Source of the DNA: an archaeon
GTDB taxonomy: Archaea > Nanobdellota > Nanobdellia > Pacearchaeales > GW2011-AR1
Direction: 5' to 3'
Length of the DNA stretch: 64,000 nt
Assembly (NCBI GenBank): GCA_018657525.1
Contig: JABHWZ010000003.1
Location: forward strand, 14,840-78,839
The notes beneath the pieces are model-generated. The model saw only the letters and a list, made by a program, of their open reading frames with translations, did no database searches and was not told the origin of the DNA. Position 1 is the first letter of the stretch. Each line of letters opens with the position of its first letter. The translations under genes were made by a program, and so were the position numbers. Positions 18,882 to 28,752 of this stretch are shown here, in pieces.

Positions 18882-19464
18882 AAGCTTACCCTTAAATAGA
18901 ACACAAGCAATTGAATTGTTGAAGTCGATGAATCAAGAAGAATCTAATATGAATCATTATTTGGAAAGTGAAGCAATCATGAAAAAACTTGCAGAGCGGT
19001 TTGGGATGAATGTGAATTATTGGGGTATGTTGGGGTTGTTGCATGATGTGGACTGGGCAGATACAAAAGATAATTGGGCAGAACATACAATTAAAGCAGA
19101 AGAGATATTAAAAGAAAAAGGTTTTGATGAAGATTTTATTCAGATTATTCAAAGTCATGGATATGGTTATGTTGAAATTCCTATCCATAAAGAAAAGGAA
19201 AGGAAAGAGAAAGTTGAAAATTCCCTCGCTGCTGCGGAAACATTGACTGGATTAATTTATGCATATGCTTTGATGAGGGGAGGAAAAATTTCAGATATGG
19301 AATCCAAGGGATTAAAAAAGAAATTTAAAGATAAATCTTTTGCAGCAAATTGTGATCGAGAGATAATTCTTGAAATTGAAAAAACTGGTTTAGAGTTAAG
19401 TGAATTTTTGGAGTTAGCTATTGACGCTATGAAAGGAATTAAAGATGAGATTGGATTAAATTAA
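18874..19464 (+). CDS. HD-domain phosphohydrolase
   Basis: LGLLHDVDW HD motif and later SHGYG. The start ATGAATGA overlaps the upstream stop. Confidence 0.7.
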   Translation: MNESLPLNRTQAIELLKSMNQEESNMNHYLESEAIMKKLAERFGMNVNYWGMLGLLHDVDWADTKDNWAEHTIKAEEILKEKGFDEDFIQIIQSHGYGYVEIPIHKEKERKEKVENSLAAAETLTGLIYAYALMRGGKISDMESKGLKKKFKDKSFAANCDREIILEIEKTGLELSEFLELAIDAMKGIKDEIGLN

Positions 19465-19465
19465 A

Positions 19466-21772
19466 ATGGTAGAAAAAAATAAAAAAATAAATTTGAGAGT
19501 TGCAGAATCTTTACAGGATGATGCATATAAGGGAATTGCTAGAATTGATATGGAAATGATGAGGGAGTTAGGTGTGCGGCGAGGTGATATAATTAAGATT
19601 AAGGGAAATAAGGAAACTGTGGCTGTTGTGGATCGAAGTTATCCAGCAGATGTTGGGACAGGAATAATTCGTATTGATGGTATTTTAAGAAGGAATGCTA
19701 AAACTGGAATTGGTGATAATGTAATTATTTTGAAGGCGGAAGTTAAAGAGGCTAAAAAGATTAGCATTGCTCCTGCTCAGCAAGGGATTATGGTCCAAGC
19801 AGATTCAGAAACTTTGAGAAGGGGTCTTTTGGGAAGAGCATTAGTTAAAGGAGATATATTGATGATTGGAGGTGCTCGTCGAAGAATGGATTTGATGGGG
19901 GGAGATATGGGGGATTTTGGTGGAATGTTAGGAGACATGTTGGGAAATGCAGGATTAGGGAATTTGGGGGGAGGAGTTACTCAAATTAAATTTGTTGTAG
20001 TAAATACTAATCCTAGTCAAGCAGTTGTAATTAATGAAACTACTGAGATTGTTTTAAATTCAAAAGCAGTAGATACTACTGATGAAAAAATTCCAGATAT
20101 TACTTATGAAGATATTGGAGGGTTAAGTGAAGAAGTTAAGAAGATTCGAGAGATGGTAGAAATTCCTATGAAGCATCCTGAAATTTTTCATAAGCTTGGG
20201 GTGGAGCCACCAAAGGGAGTTTTGTTGCATGGGCCTCCTGGGACTGGTAAAACGCTTTTAGCCAAGGCTGTCGCAAATGAATCAGACGCTAATTTTATTT
20301 TATTAAATGGGCCTGAGATTATGTCAAAATTTTATGGTGAATCAGAAAAGAAGATAAGGGATATTTTTGAGGAAGCAGAAAAAAATGCTCCTTCAATTAT
20401 TTTTATTGATGAGATTGATGCTATTGCTCCAAAACGAGAAGAGGTTCATGGGGAAGTTGAGCGAAGGGTTGTTTCTCAGATTTTGACAATGATGGATGGT
20501 TTAAAGTCTCGAGGGAAAGTTATTGTTATTGGTGCAACTAATCGAGTAAATGCACTTGATCCTGCTTTAAGAAGGCCAGGAAGATTTGACAGGGAAGTAG
20601 AAATTGGGGTTCCAGATAAAGCCGGAAGATTGCAGGTGTTAAAGATTCATACCCGGGGAATGCCTTTAATAAAAAATGTGAAGTTAGATGAAATTGCTAC
20701 TTTGACTCATGGGTTTGTTGGAGCTGATTTGGAATCTTTAACTAAAGAAACTGCAATGGTTGTATTAAGAAAATATTTACCTGAAATAAAATTGGAGGAC
20801 GGGTTTGAACAAATACCTCCTGAGATTTTATCAAAATTAGTAGTGAGTCATGAAGATTTTTTAGATGCACTTAAAGTTGTAAGACCTTCTGCTATGAGGG
20901 AAGTTCTTGTTGAGACTCCAAATATTAACTGGGAAGATGTTGGGGGATTAGATCTAGTTAAACAGGAATTAAAGGAAGCTGTTGAATGGCCTATGAAATA
21001 TCCTGAGAGTTTTGTTAGAATGGGGATTAGGCCTTCGAGAGGGATTTTACTTTATGGTCCACCTGGAACAGGAAAGACTATGCTTGCTAAGGCTGTCGCA
21101 AAAGAATCAGAAGCGAATTTTATAACTGTGAAGGGGCCGGAATTGTTGAGTAAATGGATTAATGATTCTCATGCTGGCTTGAAAAAAATGTTTGAAAGAG
21201 CAAGGCAGGTTTCTCCATGTATAATCTTTTTTGATGAGATTGAGGCAATAGCTAGAAGAAGAGGAGGGGAGTCTAATGTTGCAATTGAAGATTCTAAAGT
21301 TTTGAATCAGTTATTAGCAGAGATGGATGGTCTTGAAGATTTAAATGATGTTTTGATAATTGGAGCTACAAATAGGCCAGATATGTTGGACGCGGCTATT
21401 TTGAGACCAGGAAGATTTGATAAAATTTTATTTGTGAATGCTCCAGATGAAAAAGGACGAGAAAAAATTTTAAAGATTCATACTCGAAGTATGCCGATTA
21501 AGGGAAAGGAAAATTTAATTGGTAATCTTGTTAAAAAGACAGAGGGTTACACTGGAGCGGATTTAGAGGCTGTGACTCGTGAAGCTGCGATGTTGGCGTT
21601 GAGGGAAAATATGGATTCTCAAGATATTAAGAAAAGTCATTTTGATGAAGCTTTGAAAAAAGTGAAACCTTCTGTAACTAAAAATACTATTGCTAATTAT
21701 AAAAAAATTGAGGATAGTTTTTTACAATCTGCCAAGGCCGCAATTCCTGCTGCAGAGGGATATTTAGGATAA
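19466..21772 (+). CDS. cdc48: Cdc48/VCP-like AAA+ ATPase (paralog 1)
   Basis: N-domain plus two AAA modules (GPPGTGKT twice, DEID/DEIE Walker [20 protein letters not shown]). Confidence 0.95.
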   Translation: MVEKNKKINLRVAESLQDDAYKGIARIDMEMMRELGVRRGDIIKIKGNKETVAVVDRSYPADVGTGIIRIDGILRRNAKTGIGDNVIILKAEVKEAKKISIAPAQQGIMVQADSETLRRGLLGRALVKGDILMIGGARRRMDLMGGDMGDFGGMLGDMLGNAGLGNLGGGVTQIKFVVVNTNPSQAVVINETTEIVLNSKAVDTTDEKIPDITYEDIGGLSEEVKKIREMVEIPMKHPEIFHKLGVEPPKGVLLHGPPGTGKTLLAKAVANESDANFILLNGPEIMSKFYGESEKKIRDIFEEAEKNAPSIIFIDEIDAIAPKREEVHGEVERRVVSQILTMMDGLKSRGKVIVIGATNRVNALDPALRRPGRFDREVEIGVPDKAGRLQVLKIHTRGMPLIKNVKLDEIATLTHGFVGADLESLTKETAMVVLRKYLPEIKLEDGFEQIPPEILSKLVVSHEDFLDALKVVRPSAMREVLVETPNINWEDVGGLDLVKQELKEAVEWPMKYPESFVRMGIRPSRGILLYGPPGTGKTMLAKAVAKESEANFITVKGPELLSKWINDSHAGLKKMFERARQVSPCIIFFDEIEAIARRRGGESNVAIEDSKVLNQLLAEMDGLEDLNDVLIIGATNRPDMLDAAILRPGRFDKILFVNAPDEKGREKILKIHTRSMPIKGKENLIGNLVKKTEGYTGADLEAVTREAAMLALRENMDSQDIKKSHFDEALKKVKPSVTKNTIANYKKIEDSFLQSAKAAIPAAEGYLG

Positions 21773-22176
21773 TGGGATTTTTTGACGAAGACGGATTTGG
21801 AATAGAAGAGTTTTTTAAGAATTTTAATGGGGGAGAAAATGTTGCGGAATATACTACTGTTGGTTCAGACGGAAAAAAAAGAACTATGCGAAATACTCCT
21901 AGAAATTCAAAGGGTATTCCTGCGAAGCAGGTTGTTTCTCAAGATGAAGTTTTTTTTATTTTTGATTTTTCTGGAGAAAATAATGTTCATGTTGAAGTTG
22001 GAGATGAGTTAGTTTCTAATAATTATGGGGAAAAAGTTTCAACTGGACAAAAAGTTTTGAATATTAAATCATCTAGTAAAGATTTGGGAAATTTTGTTCT
22101 TTCTAAAAAGATTAAATTAAAAACGCTGGAGTTTACATTTAATAATGGAATCTTGGAGGTAAGTTTTAAAAAATGA
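21772..22176 (+). CDS. small Hsp20/alpha-crystallin-like protein
   Basis: The beta-sandwich-like C-terminal half ends in FNNGILEVSFKK (compare the NGVLxI motif). Sits between the two cdc48 genes with ATGA-type overlaps. Confidence 0.45.
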   Translation: MGFFDEDGFGIEEFFKNFNGGENVAEYTTVGSDGKKRTMRNTPRNSKGIPAKQVVSQDEVFFIFDFSGENNVHVEVGDELVSNNYGEKVSTGQKVLNIKSSSKDLGNFVLSKKIKLKTLEFTFNNGILEVSFKK

Positions 22177-22459
22177 AAAACGGATTAATGTTAGATATTG
22201 TTAAACCTAAAAGACACCCGCTGGTTTCTTTTGAACTTCCTCAAAGCTCGGCTCGGCGATTTCCAATTGCCTCCTGCGAAATCGCAAGGTTGTTAAGACA
22301 CTCGTTGATTTCTTTTGAACTTCCTCAAATATCGGTTCGGCAACATCTTTCAATAACTCAAGTCCACGCTCGTAAATTTGAAATTTGCCTTCGGAAGTTA
22401 ATTTCGCGTAAACTTTCGGCCTCCGAGGAATGTTGTGGGCTTCAACAAGGAGATAGAAA
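22173..22459 (+). repeat. 287-nt composite insert beginning with a diverged copy of the cdc48-2 start; the track ORF 22173..22463 is not considered a real gene
   Basis: ATGAAAAACGGATTAATGTTAGATATTGTT versus ATGAAAAATGGATTGATGTTAGATATTGTT at 22460. Internal 50-nt repeat (22213-22262 and 22297-22346), the GGAGGCAA-loop hairpin, and module F1. Confidence 0.85.
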
Positions 22460-24709
22460 ATGAAAAATGGATTGATGTTAGATATTGTTGAAGCAGAAAA
22501 AGATTATTTTGGGAAAAATGTTGTTACGTTGTCATTTGGTGATATGAAAAGATTAGAAATTGTTTCAGGAGATATTTTAAAAGTTAACGGAGAAAAGGAG
22601 TTATATTTTCGAGCAATTAGAACTAATTCCGAGGAAGGAACTATTGGGATTGATGGAGTAGCTAGATCAGTTATTGGGATTTCTGTTGGGGAAAAAGTTC
22701 GAGTTGAAAAAGCTAAAAAATTAGACAAACTAAAAGGGATTACTCTTTCTATTTTGCCAGATAATAATTATAGCAATGATCAGTTAAAGAGTTTTAATGC
22801 TCAGTTAAAAGAAAATGAATTTTTTAGGAAGGTGTTGATTGATTCTCCATTTACTTTAGGTCAGAAAATTTCTGTTCCAACTAATGTGGGCAATTTGACT
22901 TATGTTGTTTCAAAGTGTTTGCCGAAAAAATGTAGTTCGGGAATTGTTGCGGAAGGTACTCGTGTTGATGTAAGTGAGGAGGTTGGTGAGGGTTCAGGAG
23001 TTAATGTTTATTATGAAGATATTGGAGGGTTAAAAGAAGAGATAGAAAAGGTTAGAGAAATGATTGAGTTCCCAATGAATCATCCAGATATTTTCCAGAA
23101 GTTAGGGATTAGTGCACCGAAGGGAGTTTTGTTGACAGGCCCTCCTGGTACAGGTAAGACTCTTTTAGCGAAAGCTGTTGCAACTGAAACTGATGCTAAG
23201 TTTATTTCAATTGCAGGTCCAGAGATAATGAGTAAGTATCATGGGGGATCTGAAGAAAATTTAAGGGCAAAGTTTGAGGAGGCAGAAAAGAATTCTCCTG
23301 CGATTATTTTTATTGATGAGATCGATGCAATTGCTCCGAAGAGAGGAGAGACTCATGACCAGTCTGAGAAAAGGGTTGTTACTCAGCTTTTGACTTTGAT
23401 GGATGGTTTAAAGTCTCGAGGGCAAGTTGTGGTTATGGCAGCGACAAATCGTCCAGAAGATTTAGATGAGGCTCTTAGGCGGCCAGGAAGATTTGATCGG
23501 GAGTTAAGACTTAATCCTCCTTCTGATGCAGGTAGAAAAGAAATCTTGAAGATTCATACTAGAAATATGCCGTTAGGTAATCGGGAGGAAATTTTGGAAG
23601 AGTTTTCTAATAAGACTCTTGGTTATACTGGAGCTGATTTAGAAGTGCTTTGTAAAGAAGCAGCGCTTCGAGCGGTTAAACCATTTTATGCTAAGTTGGT
23701 GGGGATAGAGGATTCAGAAGAAGAGGCCTCGTCGCTGGATTTAAAGAAACAAGAATTGATTTCTCGGGTTGTTGTAACCAAAGAGCATTTTGATTATGCT
23801 ATGAAAATTGTGGAGCCGTCAGCGATGAGAGAAGTGTTGATTAAAAAACCTAATGTTAAATGGGAAGATATTGGAGGTCTTGAAAAAGCAAAGGATAAAT
23901 TACGTGAATTAGTTGAATTGCCGTTGGTGCGTCCGGATTTATTTGATATGGCTGGGATAAAACCCTCAAAAGGCGTTTTAATCTCTGGAGGACCTGGAAC
24001 GGGGAAGACACTTTTAGCGAAGGCAATTGCAAATGAGGCTAAGGCAAATTTCATTTCAGTAAAAGGACCTGAGCTGATTAGTAAATGGGTTGGTGAATCA
24101 GAAAAGCATGTTAGGGAAATTTTTAAGAAAGCTAGGCAAGTTGCACCAGCAATTATTTTCTTTGATGAGTTTGATTCAATTTCAAAATCTCGGGGGGGAA
24201 GTTTGAATGATTCTTCTGAGAAAGTTGTTAATCAGTTATTGACTGAGCTTGATGGAATTGAAGAGTTGGAAAAAGTTATTGTTATTGCGGCGACTAATCG
24301 GAAGGATTTAATTGATCCTGCTGTTCTTCGTCCTGGGAGAATTGATGCTTTGGTTGAATTAGAGATTCCAGATAAAGATACTCGAAAAAAGATTTTTGAA
24401 GTGCATACTAAGAAAATGCCTTTAGATAAATCTGTTAAATTAGATGAGTATGTTTCTAAGAGTGAAGGTTGGACTGGTGCAGACATTGAGGCTGTTTGTA
24501 GAAATGCTGGGATAAATGCGATTAAGGAAGTTTACAAGTTGGATAGTTCTAAAGGATTTAAAATTACAAAAAAAGATTTTGATTATGGCTTAGAAACTGT
24601 AGCACATTCTTCTGGAAGAGAAATTTTTGTAGATAAAAAGACTGGGAAAATTTCTGGGGCAGGGAAAAAAGGAAATTTAACTGAGAATAAAAAAATTAAG
24701 AAGAAATAA
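22460..24709 (+). CDS. cdc48: Cdc48/VCP-like AAA+ ATPase (paralog 2)
   Basis: Same two-AAA architecture ([16 protein letters not shown]). Confidence 0.95.
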   Translation: MKNGLMLDIVEAEKDYFGKNVVTLSFGDMKRLEIVSGDILKVNGEKELYFRAIRTNSEEGTIGIDGVARSVIGISVGEKVRVEKAKKLDKLKGITLSILPDNNYSNDQLKSFNAQLKENEFFRKVLIDSPFTLGQKISVPTNVGNLTYVVSKCLPKKCSSGIVAEGTRVDVSEEVGEGSGVNVYYEDIGGLKEEIEKVREMIEFPMNHPDIFQKLGISAPKGVLLTGPPGTGKTLLAKAVATETDAKFISIAGPEIMSKYHGGSEENLRAKFEEAEKNSPAIIFIDEIDAIAPKRGETHDQSEKRVVTQLLTLMDGLKSRGQVVVMAATNRPEDLDEALRRPGRFDRELRLNPPSDAGRKEILKIHTRNMPLGNREEILEEFSNKTLGYTGADLEVLCKEAALRAVKPFYAKLVGIEDSEEEASSLDLKKQELISRVVVTKEHFDYAMKIVEPSAMREVLIKKPNVKWEDIGGLEKAKDKLRELVELPLVRPDLFDMAGIKPSKGVLISGGPGTGKTLLAKAIANEAKANFISVKGPELISKWVGESEKHVREIFKKARQVAPAIIFFDEFDSISKSRGGSLNDSSEKVVNQLLTELDGIEELEKVIVIAATNRKDLIDPAVLRPGRIDALVELEIPDKDTRKKIFEVHTKKMPLDKSVKLDEYVSKSEGWTGADIEAVCRNAGINAIKEVYKLDSSKGFKITKKDFDYGLETVAHSSGREIFVDKKTGKISGAGKKGNLTENKKIKKK

Positions 24710-24711
24710 AT

Positions 24712-25593
24712 TTATTCACTCGTTACAATCTTTTTATCTTTAGTGATTAGAATCGTATTCTCTGCCTGCGCGACTTTTTCTTTAGAGATTTCTATTAGTT
24801 GAGGATATTGATGTAAAATTCCTTGTGATTCTAATTGATGTAATGCGATTTTTGCTTTTGTTCCGAACTTTTTAATTAACCATCTTTCGCAAAAGGGTAA
24901 GCTTCCGTGTTCTTCTGTGATATAGCTTAGTATTTCTCTTGCTATCGGGCTTCGAGTGTTTTTGTCGTCGATTATTTGGTATATTCCAGAAGGTCTACCA
25001 TCTTGGACTTTTCCTGAGCCGGTTGTGCTAAATGGTTCGATTGCATAAAGTCCGTCTGTTAATTCAGTTTGATTTTGAGTATTAATATTTGGGATAGTGA
25101 TCCCGGCGTGAAGGTCGTATTGTTCCATGCTGTGTCCAGAAAGATTTAGTATTGGAGAGAATCCTTCTGCTTCAATTGTTTCTTGGATTGTTTTGCCAAT
25201 TTCTCCAAGAGTTGTTTTTTCTTTTTGTATTAAATCTATTGCGTTTTTTAGAGCAGCTTCAGCTGCATAAATTAATTTTTTATTTTTTTCTGAGTTTTCT
25301 AAATCTACTGAGAAAGCTGTATCTGCTACCCATCCGTCTATATGAACTCCCAAATCTATTTTTAAAAGTCCGTGTGCTTTTGTTTCATCGTCGAAAGTTG
25401 GAGTGTAATGCGCGGCTATTTCATTTATTGAAAGGTTTGTTGGGAAAGCTGATTTGCCTCCTAGTTTTTCTATTTTTGATTCTATTTTTTTTGCAATTTC
25501 TAAAAGTAGCATATCTTTTTTAATAAATGATTTTGCATATTCTTTAACTTGAGTTGCTATCTTTCCAGCTTGGATTATTTTTTCTTGTTCCAT
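24712..25593 (-). CDS. map: methionine aminopeptidase, type 2 (archaeal)
   Basis: FPTNLSINEIAAHYTP, DLGVHIDGW, GHS and EPF metal-ligand contexts. 293 aa. Confidence 0.9.
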   Translation of the reverse strand: MEQEKIIQAGKIATQVKEYAKSFIKKDMLLLEIAKKIESKIEKLGGKSAFPTNLSINEIAAHYTPTFDDETKAHGLLKIDLGVHIDGWVADTAFSVDLENSEKNKKLIYAAEAALKNAIDLIQKEKTTLGEIGKTIQETIEAEGFSPILNLSGHSMEQYDLHAGITIPNINTQNQTELTDGLYAIEPFSTTGSGKVQDGRPSGIYQIIDDKNTRSPIAREILSYITEEHGSLPFCERWLIKKFGTKAKIALHQLESQGILHQYPQLIEISKEKVAQAENTILITKDKKIVTSE

Positions 25594-25680
25594 TTTATTT
25601 TAAGAAATTTAGAGTTTAAGAATTTTTGTAATTTTTCTTTTTATGGCAATACTTAAATATTCTAGGGTCTTGTAAATATT

Positions 25681-26049
25681 ATGAAAGAATTAGTGCGAGA
25701 AAAATATGAATATCTTGGCAAAGACCCGGTTACTTTCGGGAAAATGGTAGTTGATAATTGTTCTAGAGCTTTTGGGGCGTATTCTCATGGTTCCTATTCT
25801 ATATCTGAGGAGGGGAAAAGTAAGAAGTTAGAAGTAAGCCTTTCCTTTCCACAAAGACAAGGGTTAAGTTTTCACATAATTCAAGGTCGTCGTAATAGTG
25901 CGTTGCCGGGATTAAATGATTTTTGTTGTGATGATAGTTATACTCTTTTCTATTTAGAGGGAGATGAAAATAGTGAAGAAGTTGAATTTGTTAGAAATCG
26001 GTTGATAAATGTAGTTGGATTTAGTTCTCATAGTGTTTGGGGAGATTGA
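25681..26049 (+). CDS. hypothetical protein
   Basis: 122-aa ORF in its own intergenic slot. Confidence 0.35.
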   Translation: MKELVREKYEYLGKDPVTFGKMVVDNCSRAFGAYSHGSYSISEEGKSKKLEVSLSFPQRQGLSFHIIQGRRNSALPGLNDFCCDDSYTLFYLEGDENSEEVEFVRNRLINVVGFSSHSVWGD

Positions 26050-26067
26050 TTTTTGAATCATTTTTAT

Positions 26068-26583
26068 TTATTGTTTAACTGCTTTTTCTTTGACTCTTCT
26101 GTTTTTTGGAATGAAATTTGAAATCTTTTTTTCTGAAACTTTTCCACAGCCCCAAAAATCTTCTTTGAACTTTATTACTTTGAATCCTCTAGTGAATTTT
26201 TCTGGTTCATTTGCAATTTCGTTTTCGGATTTGGAGGATAGATAATTTATTTCATCAAAATATAATTCTTCTCCTTTGAGATATTTTTTTGCTTGTTCTT
26301 CAGTGAGTTCTAAAATGTTTTCTGTTATTTGGTCTTTTAGTATGTGTGTGCCCTCGATACTCAATCTAATTTCGTTTTCTCCAGGGATTAATTTAGCAAA
26401 GTAAGTCCCAACTCTTTCTATTGGTATTGTCTTTTCAAGTTCCCATATCTCAGGAGCGGTTAATGAACCTTGATATAAAAATAATCTTTCTTCTCCTCGC
26501 TGAACAATTAATCCTTGAACTTCTTGAATTCCAAATTGTTTTTTTAGAAGTTGAACTATCTTTTCTTTTTCTTTTCTAGTCAT
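26068..26583 (-). CDS. Nip7-like (pre-PUA/PUA) RNA-binding protein
   Basis: The N-terminal half resembles Nip7 (..RLFLY.., VGTYFAKL). It lies next to the NSUN methylase. The 36 extra N-terminal codons of the track ORF are encoded by a repeat element. Confidence 0.45.
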   Translation of the reverse strand: MTRKEKEKIVQLLKKQFGIQEVQGLIVQRGEERLFLYQGSLTAPEIWELEKTIPIERVGTYFAKLIPGENEIRLSIEGTHILKDQITENILELTEEQAKKYLKGEELYFDEINYLSSKSENEIANEPEKFTRGFKVIKFKEDFWGCGKVSEKKISNFIPKNRRVKEKAVKQ

Positions 26584-26629
26584 TATTTTTAATCCTTTAT
26601 ATTCTCTGGAAAATTTGTGTTGTTTCATT

Positions 26630-26734
26630 GCGAGACAACCCCTTGTTTTCCTCGCGCTCCTTCCTCGAAGCTCTGATACTCCGAAGGGCACGAGAGGGTA
26701 GCATCTTTAAATTGCCTCCGTCGGATGCCACATG
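26630..26734 (-). repeat. 105-nt structured element, copy 1 (immediately 5' of an ATG on the minus strand)
   Basis: Near-full-length match to 42612..42716 in the opposite orientation. Contains the GGAGGCAA-loop hairpin and the GGGCACGAGAG module. Confidence 0.9.
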
Positions 26735-26760
26735 AGCTGATTAATTTATTTTGTTTTATT

Positions 26761-26966
26761 TTTGATATTTTCATTCTTTTATTTTCCTAAATTTACTTAT
26801 GAAGAACCCCTCTGCTCGTGAACCTTCATTGTTATTGAATCTTCTGCTTGTCATTTTATTTTTTTGAATTTTGAAATGAAGAACCCCTCTGCTCGTGAAC
26901 CTTCATTGTTATTGAATCTTCTGCTTGTCATTTTATTTTTTTGAATTTTGAAATGAAGAACCCCTC
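26761..26966 (-). repeat. triplicated NSUN gene 3' end (77-bp units) plus a codon-diverged displaced end
   Basis: Units start at 26799, 26876 and 26953. See findings. Confidence 0.9.
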
Positions 26967-28031
26967 GGTATTATTATCATGAGGATAAACTCTGCAACAT
27001 AATTTTACTTTTGGGTTGAAATTTATTTTTGGATTTTTTTCAGACTTTGCTGTTCCCTCCCGCGAACCACCCTGGGACTCGCTTAGCTCGCTTGATTTAA
27101 TTAACGCAAAGTCTTCTTTTTTTGGATTCCATTCTGTGATTCCTTCTCGACATTTTATTGGGAGTTCTACTTTTTTGATTTTAATTTTATCTCCAAATTC
27201 TTCTAGGGCCCAACTTACTATTGCTTCGTTTTCTTCTGGGGCGTGAGTGCAAGTTGAGTAAATTATTTCTCCGTCAACTTTTAAAATTTCAAAAGCGTGT
27301 TTGAATAATCTTTTTTGAATTTGTGGGAGTGCTTTTGTTACATTTTTTATGTTCCACATTTTGTAGGTTTTATAAGCGCTTCTTAAAGTTCCTTCGCCAG
27401 AACACGGGGCGTCCACAAGGATTTTGTCAAATTTTATTTCTGGGTTGAATTTTGCTAATCTTTTACAAAGTGCGGCTCCTTCTTTTCTGCTGATTATTGT
27501 ATTTGTGACTCCGCATCTTTCTAGGTTTGAAGAAAGAATTCTGAGTCGGCCCATTGAAATTTCATTGGCGATTATTGCTCCTTGGTTTTCCATTGCTGCT
27601 GCTATCTGAGTTGTTTTGGATCCGGGTGCTGCGGCTAGATCTAGGATTAATTCTCCTGCTTTTGGTTTGAGTGCAATTATCGGAAGCATTGAGGCAAGTT
27701 CTTGAATATAATAATATCCGAGTAAATGTTCTTCTGCCCTTCCGAGTTCTCCTGGTTCAAGTGAGATTAAATTATTTTCAGAATTATATTTTCCTTCGAT
27801 AATCATGACTTCCGGGTTTGATTCCCACGGGCGAGATATTTTCCATGTTTTTTCTTCTAATCTTTTTTTTAATTTTTCAGGAGATATTTTTAAGGGGTTG
27901 CAACGGATAGAATTTACTGGTTTTATTTTTAGGATATCCAAATAGGATTGAAAATCTTTTTTATCTGGAAGAAGCTGTTTTATTCGTTCTTCGAATTCAG
28001 GTTTCATTTCTGGAATTTTTATTTTTGTCAT
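26928..28031 (-). CDS. NOL1/NOP2/Sun-family RNA cytosine-C5 methyltransferase
   Basis: DLAAAPGSKT SAM motif; DAPCSGEG and YSTCT catalytic Cys motifs; C-terminal EGFFI. Confidence 0.85.
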   Translation of the reverse strand: MTKIKIPEMKPEFEERIKQLLPDKKDFQSYLDILKIKPVNSIRCNPLKISPEKLKKRLEEKTWKISRPWESNPEVMIIEGKYNSENNLISLEPGELGRAEEHLLGYYYIQELASMLPIIALKPKAGELILDLAAAPGSKTTQIAAAMENQGAIIANEISMGRLRILSSNLERCGVTNTIISRKEGAALCKRLAKFNPEIKFDKILVDAPCSGEGTLRSAYKTYKMWNIKNVTKALPQIQKRLFKHAFEILKVDGEIIYSTCTHAPEENEAIVSWALEEFGDKIKIKKVELPIKCREGITEWNPKKEDFALIKSSELSESQGGSREGTAKSEKNPKINFNPKVKLCCRVYPHDNNTEGFFISKFKKIK

Positions 28032-28067
28032 AAAAACAGAATAGAACTTGTGTTTTTAAATGTGGGG

Positions 28068-28679
28068 TTAACACTTACAACATTTAATTTTTTTGTTTAA
28101 GAAAAAGAAAGGGAATATTATATCTGAAACACAACACGGGATTATCACGGCAATTATGATAATTATTAATGCTGCTATGAAAAATAATGTGTTAAAGTTT
28201 TGACTGAAGGCTAGAAGATATGATGAACTGGCAAAGACAGATAAGAAAACATGGAGAGCGTGGGACATTTTTGTTTTTGTAGTTAAGGTTCCGATGCTTG
28301 CTCCAATTAAAGCGAAAGTTAAAATTTTTATTGGCTCGTTTATTATTGGTAAATGGAGTTGGACATTTAATCTAAAAATTAATCCTCCTAGATATGGAAA
28401 GAGAGTATCACTCACACTGCCGATAAGAATTGCTCCTGTTATTCCTACAAGGATTGCTTTTAATTTGTTTTTTTGATAACTATAGAATATTGCAGAAGTG
28501 ACAATTGCTGAAAAAATTATATGAATTGGATGAATTACTTCAAAAATAGATTCTGAAATGTTTGCTTGCAAAATATAGTTAATGAATAATATAGATGATA
28601 TTCCGATTAAACTAGCAATTGCAGTGAAGGGGAGGTGGTGTTTTAGTTCATGGAGCAGCTCTTTTGTTTTGAATTCCAT
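28068..28679 (-). CDS. polytopic membrane protein, unknown function
   Basis: About 6 hydrophobic helices, His-rich loops, C-terminal CCKC. Confidence 0.45.
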   Translation of the reverse strand: MEFKTKELLHELKHHLPFTAIASLIGISSILFINYILQANISESIFEVIHPIHIIFSAIVTSAIFYSYQKNKLKAILVGITGAILIGSVSDTLFPYLGGLIFRLNVQLHLPIINEPIKILTFALIGASIGTLTTKTKMSHALHVFLSVFASSSYLLAFSQNFNTLFFIAALIIIIIAVIIPCCVSDIIFPFFFLNKKIKCCKC

Positions 28680-28752
28680 AATTGATTTAATGTTGAGAGG
28701 TTTTTATTGTTTGGGGTTAATATTTAAAAAGTTTATTTTGTTTTATTTGTTT

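Noticed and set aside
22173-22463. 96-aa ORF from the track as a protein-coding gene.
   Set aside because: It is built entirely from repeat modules plus a duplicated cdc48 start, and its internal 50-nt repeat yields a repeated peptide. I treat it as an insertion that happens to be open.
26761-26970. Gene-end duplicates considered as DGR template/variable repeat pairs (also 43669-43826 and 50862-50946).
   Set aside because: No reverse transcriptase is present in the window. The mismatches are not adenine-specific, and they are synonymous rather than diversifying.
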